From Chthoniobacteraceae bacterium (GTDB lineage Bacteria; Verrucomicrobiota; Verrucomicrobiia; Chthoniobacterales; Chthoniobacteraceae), in contig JBEBGD010000006.1 in NCBI GenBank assembly GCA_040081625.1, positions 32,001 through 96,000 on the forward strand: a stretch of DNA of 64,000 nucleotides. The letters are read 5' to 3'. Of this stretch, positions 55,464-62,885 are shown piece by piece. The position numbers were made by a program, and so were the translations under genes. A model generated the notes under the pieces. It was not told where the DNA came from. It did no database searches and worked only from the letters and a program-made list of their open reading frames with translations. How positions within the stretch are numbered: the first letter of the stretch is position 1; each line of letters opens with the position of its first letter.

Positions 55464-57494
55464 TCACGCTTTTCGCTTCGGGTTGAGGTTCTCGTTGAGA
55501 CCAACGGACGCGAGAGCCGCGTGAAAGGTCTGCTTATCCGGCCCCAAGCCGATGGTGGCTTCGTCGAGGCCGAGTTTGCGGAGCTTCGCGCTAAATTTCT
55601 CCATCGCGGGGCGTCCCGCATTTTCCTGCCCGACGAAGCGCTCCTTGAAATAGAGGAGCTGAATCTTTGGCCCGGTAGAGTGGTCGAAGACTTCGACGAA
55701 GAGGTTGCGGAGATTCACTTTGATGCGCGTCTGCAATTCCGGCAACGGCTTGCCGTCGAAGTTATCGTAGTGCTGGAACGTGACCTTGCCGGAGTGCTTG
55801 TGAATCTTGATGAGGTCGGCCTGCGCCGGATCGCCGTAGCGATAGGCCGCGCACTGGACGTAGATGCGGAGCAGCGGCGGCAATTCGGCGAACAGACTGC
55901 GATGGATTATCAGCGCGTCGTCGTCCTGCCATCCGAAGGTGACGCTCTCGCAGGCCAGTTCGATTTCGCCGGGGTCGCCTGCGGCGAAAAGAAGATCGCG
56001 CGCCTTCGCTTGCGCGGTCGCGAGGTCGCCGAAAAAGCTGCGAATGTCGTTCTTGATGCGCAGCGGGATTTCGCGTCGGAGAAAGTGCTTTCGGAATTTG
56101 GTCATCGCCAGATAGACGAGCACGTCTTCGGTGCGCGCCTTGCGGGCCATCTGCCAGAGCGGCTCTCCGTGGTGTGAGACAACCAGCGCGACCGCGCGAT
56201 TGATTCCGCCGCCGACCTTTTTTACCTCTGCGAGCCGGTCGAACTCGCCGACCTCCGGTGTGCGCCCAAAATCGAGCAAGGTCTGCCAGAATTCCGCGAA
56301 CAGTTCTTTGTGGAGGTCGTAGCGATCTACGTTTCGCCGCTCACGCGCCGCCGGTGCGGAGAATCGCAACTGCGTGCTGATTTCGCTCCAATCAATCCGG
56401 CGGCGGCTCCTGCTCGCCTCGAACAGTTCGGCGTCTTCCGCGTTCTTGAATACGACGCACATGCCGAGACCCAGCGTGCTCGCCTCCGCGTCGAGCATCT
56501 GCTCGATGAGACTCTCGAGTTCTCCCGGTCCGTAGAATTTCTGAAACGTGTTCGCTTTAGTGAGGAAGCCATCCCGAAATGGGCGCGAGTGCGCGTCGGT
56601 TTCCTGTCCAGCCGCCAGCGTGGAGATAATGAGCGTGCGCTCAGCCAGCGCAAACGCCGCGCGGAGTGCGGTGACTCGCTCTGCGGGGTCTTCGATGACG
56701 TTCAGGACATAGCCGAGATTGACCACGGCAGCGGAAGTCTTCGTCGCGTTGGGCCGGAACGCCGGATCCCAGCCGGCGGCTCGGTAGCCAAGATTTTGCA
56801 ACGCCTCGATGTCCATGCCGTGCCCGCAGCCGTAGTCGAAGAACGTGTCCGTCTTCCTCAAAAGCCCGCGCTCCAGGAGCTGCTTCACGGGTTTGGAAAG
56901 ATCGTATCGCTTGATCGCTGTGCGATGACGCGCCACGTCCGCCGCCTCATCGTTTTCCGAAGCCGAATCAGACCGGATTTCGCGCACCGAAACCAGCGTG
57001 TGATCCTCGTAGCCCAAGCCGAGCCGCTTGAGCAGCGTGAGCCATTGCACACGCAGTCCGATGCGGGATGTATCACGATAGAGCCCGGCTTCCTCCTCGC
57101 GTTTCGTGAGAGCTGCGTAGCGGGGAATCCGCGGATCGCTCGGCGGAAGGAATGTCTCCTTGCGATGCAGGATCGGCGGATTCGAGCGCCGGCGGTAGTC
57201 CGTGCGGGTGACAGACCCGGTGTTGAGATTGATTTTTGTCGCTTCGGCCAAAGTCGGATGCGGCTTGGCGTCGAAGTCCGGGTAGCCGAGAAACGTGAAC
57301 GCAAACTGGTCGGTGTGAATCTTGAGCAGATTCCACAACGGATCGGGCTGCGCCGCGATCTCCGCGCGCCGAATCGTAGCCCACAGGTCTGGAGAAACGT
57401 CGCCTTGCAGCGGACGAAAAATATAGACGGCTCCCGGCAGTCGTTTGCCGTAGCACAGGGAATCGTCGGTGCGGCGATGCGTTGCGAGATCCAT
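55464..57494 (-). CDS. DNA phosphorothioation-associated putative methyltransferase
   Basis: RHRTAIKR..LSKP, SAM motif FDYGCGHG, GWDP, VVNLGYVLNVIED, TFQKFY. Start MDLATH. Confidence 0.88.
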   Translation of the reverse strand: MDLATHRRTDDSLCYGKRLPGAVYIFRPLQGDVSPDLWATIRRAEIAAQPDPLWNLLKIHTDQFAFTFLGYPDFDAKPHPTLAEATKINLNTGSVTRTDYRRRSNPPILHRKETFLPPSDPRIPRYAALTKREEEAGLYRDTSRIGLRVQWLTLLKRLGLGYEDHTLVSVREIRSDSASENDEAADVARHRTAIKRYDLSKPVKQLLERGLLRKTDTFFDYGCGHGMDIEALQNLGYRAAGWDPAFRPNATKTSAAVVNLGYVLNVIEDPAERVTALRAAFALAERTLIISTLAAGQETDAHSRPFRDGFLTKANTFQKFYGPGELESLIEQMLDAEASTLGLGMCVVFKNAEDAELFEASRSRRRIDWSEISTQLRFSAPAARERRNVDRYDLHKELFAEFWQTLLDFGRTPEVGEFDRLAEVKKVGGGINRAVALVVSHHGEPLWQMARKARTEDVLVYLAMTKFRKHFLRREIPLRIKNDIRSFFGDLATAQAKARDLLFAAGDPGEIELACESVTFGWQDDDALIIHRSLFAELPPLLRIYVQCAAYRYGDPAQADLIKIHKHSGKVTFQHYDNFDGKPLPELQTRIKVNLRNLFVEVFDHSTGPKIQLLYFKERFVGQENAGRPAMEKFSAKLRKLGLDEATIGLGPDKQTFHAALASVGLNENLNPKRKA

Positions 57495-57507
57495 CGCGCG
57501 AGGAATC

Positions 57508-58488
57508 TTATGCCGCGCGCAAATCATCGACCTCCAAGAATCGCGGTTGCCGCTCGCGGTCGAAGCAGGCTCGGCCCTTGACCCAAATTTTCTTCTTCCC
57601 GTGAGCGCGGACGAATTCCTCGTGCTCCTCGCGGTAACGGCATCGAACACCTCTGACCTTCCAGCCGTCCTCCAATCGGCGCAGCGTGAAGCGGCCAACC
57701 TCATAGTCCACCACCATGAGGTGGCCTGTGACTTCCAACGTATCGCTGGGAATGTGATTCGCGCGGATGATGTGATCGGCGCGCGCCCACCTCTCGCGGT
57801 CGATAACCATGCCTTCGCCGCTCACCACGCGACCCGCGATTTCCACGGATTCCAATTTCTTGTCGCGTGAAGGGAGCAGCTTCCGCGCGGCGACCAGCCC
57901 GGAATCAATGAAGCACTCATCCACGTTCGGGCGCGACGCAGCGAACTCGTCGATCACCACACGTGGGTTTTCCTGCTGGAGCGACGAAGCAACGACGCCC
58001 ATGAATTCAAGGCTGTCCTTGAGCGCCGTGTAGTGCGGATCAAGGAGCATCCGATTTTCCTCATCGCGGGCGCGCACTCCCGGCTCCGGCAGCTTGAATC
58101 CAAAAATCAAACTCGGCGTGCAGGCCGTCACGAGCAGGTCCACATCGCCCATCCAGCGGAAGCGGTTGCCCGAGAGTTGACCGTGGCTCTTGGTCATTTC
58201 AACCACCTGCTTGTGCAAGGTGGTAAAGAGGCGGTTCATTTTCGTGACCGAGCAGCGGCCCGTCTGCGCGTCCTTGCCTTGGTAGCGCACCAGAATGTCG
58301 GACGTGTCCATCGCGACGGCGAGCGGCAGTTTGTCGAGCGCGAGCGCGTCGAGGGAGCGCAGGTGTCCGCGGAACAGGTGCTCGGCTTCAGCTTCGGGCA
58401 GACCGCGCTCGTGGATGTAACGGCGCAATTCCGCCATTTCGGTATGCACCGTCCGCAGCTTGAAACGAACTTTCTCAGCCCAGGTCAT
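57508..58488 (-). CDS. Hypothetical protein with C-terminal OB-fold-like beta region
   Basis: 326 aa from ATG 58488 overlapping the upstream stop (ATGA); LEVTGHLMVVDY...FTLR...IWVKGR. Confidence 0.65.
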   Translation of the reverse strand: MTWAEKVRFKLRTVHTEMAELRRYIHERGLPEAEAEHLFRGHLRSLDALALDKLPLAVAMDTSDILVRYQGKDAQTGRCSVTKMNRLFTTLHKQVVEMTKSHGQLSGNRFRWMGDVDLLVTACTPSLIFGFKLPEPGVRARDEENRMLLDPHYTALKDSLEFMGVVASSLQQENPRVVIDEFAASRPNVDECFIDSGLVAARKLLPSRDKKLESVEIAGRVVSGEGMVIDRERWARADHIIRANHIPSDTLEVTGHLMVVDYEVGRFTLRRLEDGWKVRGVRCRYREEHEEFVRAHGKKKIWVKGRACFDRERQPRFLEVDDLRAA

Positions 58489-58931
58489 AGCGTCACGCGG
58501 AGGTAGCCCTTCCGCAGAGTTTTCGGAATTCCAGAACGCGACACTTCGGGATCGGGGAGTTGGAACGACTCGTGGAAATTGTAGGTCTCGGGACGAGCGG
58601 GCGCGTAGAAGTTCACCCACAGGCCCCATTCCTCAACGAAGGGCTGGTCGAGCGCTTTCAAATGGGCGACCGTTACTTCGTTGCTCAGTTCGATGCCGAC
58701 CTCCACAGCTTCCGGCTTTGAGTGGGCGCTGATGTAGTCTCCATCCACGTAGAACGCCCGAATCGGGGTTTGTTTGAGCAGGAGGCCGGAAAACTTCCGC
58801 ACCGATTTCCATAGTTGCGGCCGGTTCGCCCCGTTGCCGAATACGCCGGGCAGATCGGACAGGCGCACGTCGTGACACGGTGGCGGCACCGGCAGAAAAC
58901 CATACTCGTTGAGAACCAGAGTGCCGTGCAT
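58485..58931 (-). CDS. DUF6932-like (minimal nucleotidyltransferase-fold) protein
   Basis: LNEYGFLP, R..LW, FYVDGDYIS...KP, KGYLRV pattern; expected DxD appears as AVE. Confidence 0.55.
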   Translation of the reverse strand: MHGTLVLNEYGFLPVPPPCHDVRLSDLPGVFGNGANRPQLWKSVRKFSGLLLKQTPIRAFYVDGDYISAHSKPEAVEVGIELSNEVTVAHLKALDQPFVEEWGLWVNFYAPARPETYNFHESFQLPDPEVSRSGIPKTLRKGYLRVTL

Positions 58932-58935
58932 TGGA

Positions 58936-59235
58936 TTAGTGTTTCGTCGCGTGCGCGGATTTGTGCCGGGCCTTGGATTTTGCGCGAGCAGTTTCGGCAT
59001 TTTTGCGCGCGATGAAGGCGTCAACAACGTCCGCAGTCGCGGCGGAGTCGCCCTTCCCCGCCGGCCACAGCCCGTGAGCGGCGAGGTCATCAATTACGAG
59101 CTTGGTGACGTAGGACGATTTTGTCCACGGGTAGCCGAGTTGCGCCACGCGCTTGAGCAATTGCTGGTAGAGGTCCGGCTTGAGCGAAAAGCTCACGCCC
59201 TGGCTCTTCTGATGGTCTGGCACGGATGTTTTCAC
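58936..59235 (-). CDS. Ribbon-helix-helix-like regulator (leftward); start GTG 59235 or 59223
   Basis: GVSFSLKPDLYQQL...KSSYVTKLVIDDL, basic C-terminal tail. Confidence 0.65.
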   Translation of the reverse strand: MKTSVPDHQKSQGVSFSLKPDLYQQLLKRVAQLGYPWTKSSYVTKLVIDDLAAHGLWPAGKGDSAATADVVDAFIARKNAETARAKSKARHKSAHATKH

Positions 59236-59332
59236 AGGGGCGAAGGTGGGGCGGCGTTGATAAGTTGTCAATTTCTCTTTTCGTTCGCAATTTAGCTTGC
59301 CCGGATAACTTCGTAATTTATCATGCGCGGCC

Positions 59333-59590
59333 ATGCGGAAAACCGTTCATCCAGAAAAGAAGCACCAGTCCTTCGGCGTGAGTTTCCCTCCGCACTTGCG
59401 GAACGCGGCCCGCACGCGCGCATACAGCCTTGAGGTCAATCTCAGCCGCTATCTCCAGCATCTCGTGGAGGCCGACCTCGGCGTCACGCCGCTGCCTTCC
59501 AAATTCGAGCACAGCGGCGCTCCGCACAGCAAACCGAAAGGCAAGGCCGTCCGTCAGCGGCACCCGCGGCAGCCGGGCACTGCGGGCTAG
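59333..59590 (+). CDS. Ribbon-helix-helix-like regulator (rightward)
   Basis: FGVSFPPHLRNAARTRA...NLSRYLQHLVEADL. Confidence 0.68.
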   Translation: MRKTVHPEKKHQSFGVSFPPHLRNAARTRAYSLEVNLSRYLQHLVEADLGVTPLPSKFEHSGAPHSKPKGKAVRQRHPRQPGTAG

Positions 59591-59679
59591 ACGGTGACAC
59601 TTTCGCCTCCGGTTCGCTCCCCGCGCGCCGGGCCGGAGGCATCACCAAATCGCGTGCGGGAAACACAACGAAACATCCA

Positions 59680-60408
59680 ATGAAAATCGAGAAAAAGACA
59701 CAGTTCGAGAACCACCCAGAATACACCGGTCGCGCGCTCTGCGTGGACGTCACTCCGCTCAAAAAGGTCGAAACAAAATTCGGCCCGCGAGAGCAATTCA
59801 AACTCGTCTTCGAGACGGAGTGCCTGCGGCAGGACGGCTCGCCGTTCCTCGTCTGGAGCGCCGGCTTCACGCCCAGCCTCCACGAGAAAGCGGCGCTCAC
59901 GAAGTTCCTGCGCCAGTGGTTCGGTCGCGCGCTCAGCCAGGCCGAGCAGGACGAATTCGATACCGAGAGCCTCGTGGGGCGCGCCGCAGTCGTCACCATC
60001 GTCCACAACGACGGTCGCGACGGTCAGACCTACGCGAACATCGCTCTCATCCAGGCGGACAAATCCGGGAAGCCGATGACGCCGAGCGGCAAATATCAGC
60101 GCGTGAAGGATCGCCCGGCGAAGGACAACGACGCGCAGTATTCGCGCGCCGAGCAGCCGGCGAACGGCGATGGCGCGAGCGCCGAAAGCTGGCGCGGAGT
60201 GAAGGTCCACGTCGGCAAACACGCCGGGCTCGATCTCGCCGATCTCGACCGTGAGGCCGTCGAGGCGCTCATCGCGCGCTGGCTGCCGGAGGCGAAGGCC
60301 AAAGCGAAGCCGCTCGCCGACGACCGCCGCCTCATCGCGGCGCTCGAAGCCGCGAAAGCGGAGATCGCGGCGGAGGACAACATCCCGATGGACAACCAGC
60401 CCTACTGA
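59680..60408 (+). CDS. Phage-type putative ssDNA-binding/replication protein (NGO0469-like)
   Basis: F...P....A.CVD, SLHEKAAL..FL..WFG, E..EFD...LVG, TYANI; acidic EDNIP tail. Confidence 0.6.
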   Translation: MKIEKKTQFENHPEYTGRALCVDVTPLKKVETKFGPREQFKLVFETECLRQDGSPFLVWSAGFTPSLHEKAALTKFLRQWFGRALSQAEQDEFDTESLVGRAAVVTIVHNDGRDGQTYANIALIQADKSGKPMTPSGKYQRVKDRPAKDNDAQYSRAEQPANGDGASAESWRGVKVHVGKHAGLDLADLDREAVEALIARWLPEAKAKAKPLADDRRLIAALEAAKAEIAAEDNIPMDNQPY

Positions 60409-60415
60409 ATCTCCG

Positions 60416-61243
60416 ATGATCCTCATTCGACGCGAAAGCGCCTCGCACTGGTATCTGCGCGACGGCACTCCGTTCCACGAAACCGAGCGTGCTGACGGCA
60501 AAGGTCTGCGCTCGGTCACGCTCCGCGATGCGCGCAAAGTTCGCGCCTACCCGAGCGTCACCAACGTCCTCAGCATCCTCGCCAAGCCCGGCCTCGACGC
60601 GTGGAAAATTGAGCAGGGAATCATCGCCGCGCTGACTCTCCCCAAGCGCGAGGACGAATCCCTCGACGCATTCGCCAAGCGCGTCGTCACTGACATGGGC
60701 GAGCAGGTGGAGAAGGCCGCCGATCTCGGGAGCGCCATCCACGCCGCGTGCGAGGTGTATGCGAACTCGAAGGCGCTGCCGGAAAGCCCGGCGGTCGCCG
60801 CCCTGTTCGCGCCGGTGCGCGAGTGGTTCGACCGCGAGGTCGAGCGGATCGACTGCATCGAGCGCGTCGTCACTCACCCCGAGTGGGGCTACGGCGGTCG
60901 GCTGGACATGGTGGCGAAGCTCAAGAGCACGGGCTCTTGGGCCGTCGTGGATTTCAAAACGCAGAAGGTGAAGCGCGACGCCAAGGGCGCGCTGAAGCCG
61001 ACATTCTACGAGACGTGGCCGCTCCAGCTCGAAGCCTACCGACAGGCGATCCTCGCCGAAGCGACGCGCAAGCAGCCGGTCGATCTCGTGTCGCTCGTCA
61101 TCAGCTCCATCGAGCCGGTGCCGGTGATGCCGAAGGTCTGGCCGCGCGAAGAACAGGCCGGCTACTACCGCGCCTTCATCAACGCCCGCAACCTCTGGGT
61201 CTGGATGAAGGGCTACTGCCCCATCGAGTCACCCGTCGCCTGA
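60416..61243 (+). CDS. Phage-type PD-(D/E)XK exonuclease
   Basis: HWY, PSVTNVL, KPGLDAWK, GSAIH, YGGRLD, VVDFKT, LQLEAY. Confidence 0.85.
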   Translation: MILIRRESASHWYLRDGTPFHETERADGKGLRSVTLRDARKVRAYPSVTNVLSILAKPGLDAWKIEQGIIAALTLPKREDESLDAFAKRVVTDMGEQVEKAADLGSAIHAACEVYANSKALPESPAVAALFAPVREWFDREVERIDCIERVVTHPEWGYGGRLDMVAKLKSTGSWAVVDFKTQKVKRDAKGALKPTFYETWPLQLEAYRQAILAEATRKQPVDLVSLVISSIEPVPVMPKVWPREEQAGYYRAFINARNLWVWMKGYCPIESPVA

Positions 61244-61269
61244 AACCGTAGCGCCAACCGCAAACGACT

Positions 61270-61461
61270 ATGGCCGATATCCAAGTCCGGGAAGGAATCA
61301 CCTTCGAGTGGCTCGACGATCCGTCGACGCCGAACCGTAGATGGCGCGCACGTATGTCGCGCGAGGTATTCGCGGCGCTCGTGAAAGAAAAACTCGGGAC
61401 CGACTGCGGCGACTCGTTCCTCAAGAAACCACGCCGGAGAAAACAATGCTCACTACCATGA
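61270..61461 (+). CDS. Small hypothetical protein
   Basis: 63-aa ORF within the operon; stop overlaps the next ATG. Confidence 0.45.
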   Translation: MADIQVREGITFEWLDDPSTPNRRWRARMSREVFAALVKEKLGTDCGDSFLKKPRRRKQCSLP

Positions 61462-61625
61462 GACAACCTGCTCTGCCGCTGTTTGAGCGGCCTCACCGCG
61501 CCCCGTTCGATTTCAGCTCGATGTGCCAATCCCGCAACCGCCGCCGTCACACGTGGCCGTGGCGCGTGTTCTTGCTGCTGCTCGGCTTCGCAGTCGGTTG
61601 GCTCATGCGCGGCCTCATCGGGTGA
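61458..61625 (+). CDS. Small membrane protein
   Basis: ATGA-coupled start; basic patch followed by TM helix VFLLLLGFAVGWLM. Confidence 0.5.
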   Translation: MRQPALPLFERPHRAPFDFSSMCQSRNRRRHTWPWRVFLLLLGFAVGWLMRGLIG

Positions 61626-61640
61626 CATCGCACCACCAGC

Positions 61641-62885
61641 ATGACCGTCCACACACCAGCGGAAGCGTTCCGCCACGCCCTCGATGCAGGCCGCAACGTG
61701 TTCCTCACCGGCATGGCCGGCACGGGAAAGAGCACGCTACTGCGCGGCCTCATCGAGGAGCGCGGCAGCGCCGTGACGATCACGGCCGCGACCGGCATCG
61801 CCGCGCTCAACGTCGGCGGCGTCACCGTCCATCGTTGGTCGGGCATGATGCTCGGCCCGCGCGCCGACCAGGACGACGAGGAGTATTTCCGGGAGCTTCA
61901 ACACGATCATCGGTTCAGCGTGCGCGCCGGATTCGACCGCGTGCGCGACTGCGAGATGCTCGTCATCGACGAAATCTCGATGCTCTCGGGGCGCACGTTG
62001 CAATTCCTCGACTTCCTCTGCCGCCGGTTGCGGCGTTGCGATGAACCATTCGGCGGCATCCAGATCGTCGCCACCGGCGATTTTCTACAACTCCCGCCAG
62101 TGCGGAAAAATCCCGCCGTCCCCTACGATTGGGCGTTTCTCACGTCGGCGTGGCGCGATGCGGCGTTCGCGGTGATCCACCTGACGAAGATCCATCGGCA
62201 GGAGGAACCAGATTTCACACGGGCACTCTCCGCCTTCCGACAAGGCGACATCCGCGGCGCCGACGCGGGCGTGCTGCACCGCCGCGTCGTGTCTTTCCCC
62301 GACGCCAACATCACTCGGCTCTACACGCACAACGTCCAGGTCGATAAATGGAACGCCTATCGGCTCGGCGAACTCCCCGGCGAGGAGATCGTCCTCGATG
62401 CGCGGCTCTCGGGGCCGGACAGCCAGCAGCAATTTCTCTGCAACAATCTCCTCACGCCGCAGCAGCTCGTGCTCAAGCCCGGTGCGCGCGTGATGTTCAC
62501 CGTGAACAACGCCGAGGTCGGCTACGTGAACGGTCAAGTCGGTGTCGTGGGCGCGGTGGCGGCGGGCCGCGTGATCGTGGCCACCGAGGGCAGCACGCTC
62601 GACGTGCCGCGCTTCACCTGGCGCTACGACGAGCGCGACAAAACCAGCGCGGCCTTCACGCAATTTCCGCTGCGACTCTCCTACGCGCTCACGATCCACA
62701 AAGCCCAGGGGCTCACGCTTGACAGCGCCTACGTGGACGTTCGCGCCGCGCGCGAGCCGGGGCAGGCTTACGTCGCGCTCTCGCGGGTTCGGACCCTCGC
62801 CGGCCTGCACCTCAAGGGCTGGTTCTCCGGCGTCTTCGTCAGCCAGGCGGCGCGGACCTTCTACGCAAACCTCAACGGCAACTGA
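61641..62885 (+). CDS. Pif1-family SF1B DNA helicase
   Basis: FLTGMAGTGKS, TGIAA, IDEISML, PFGGIQ...GDFLQLPPV, QFPLRLSYALTIHKAQG, QAYVALSR. Confidence 0.93.
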   Translation: MTVHTPAEAFRHALDAGRNVFLTGMAGTGKSTLLRGLIEERGSAVTITAATGIAALNVGGVTVHRWSGMMLGPRADQDDEEYFRELQHDHRFSVRAGFDRVRDCEMLVIDEISMLSGRTLQFLDFLCRRLRRCDEPFGGIQIVATGDFLQLPPVRKNPAVPYDWAFLTSAWRDAAFAVIHLTKIHRQEEPDFTRALSAFRQGDIRGADAGVLHRRVVSFPDANITRLYTHNVQVDKWNAYRLGELPGEEIVLDARLSGPDSQQQFLCNNLLTPQQLVLKPGARVMFTVNNAEVGYVNGQVGVVGAVAAGRVIVATEGSTLDVPRFTWRYDERDKTSAAFTQFPLRLSYALTIHKAQGLTLDSAYVDVRAAREPGQAYVALSRVRTLAGLHLKGWFSGVFVSQAARTFYANLNGN

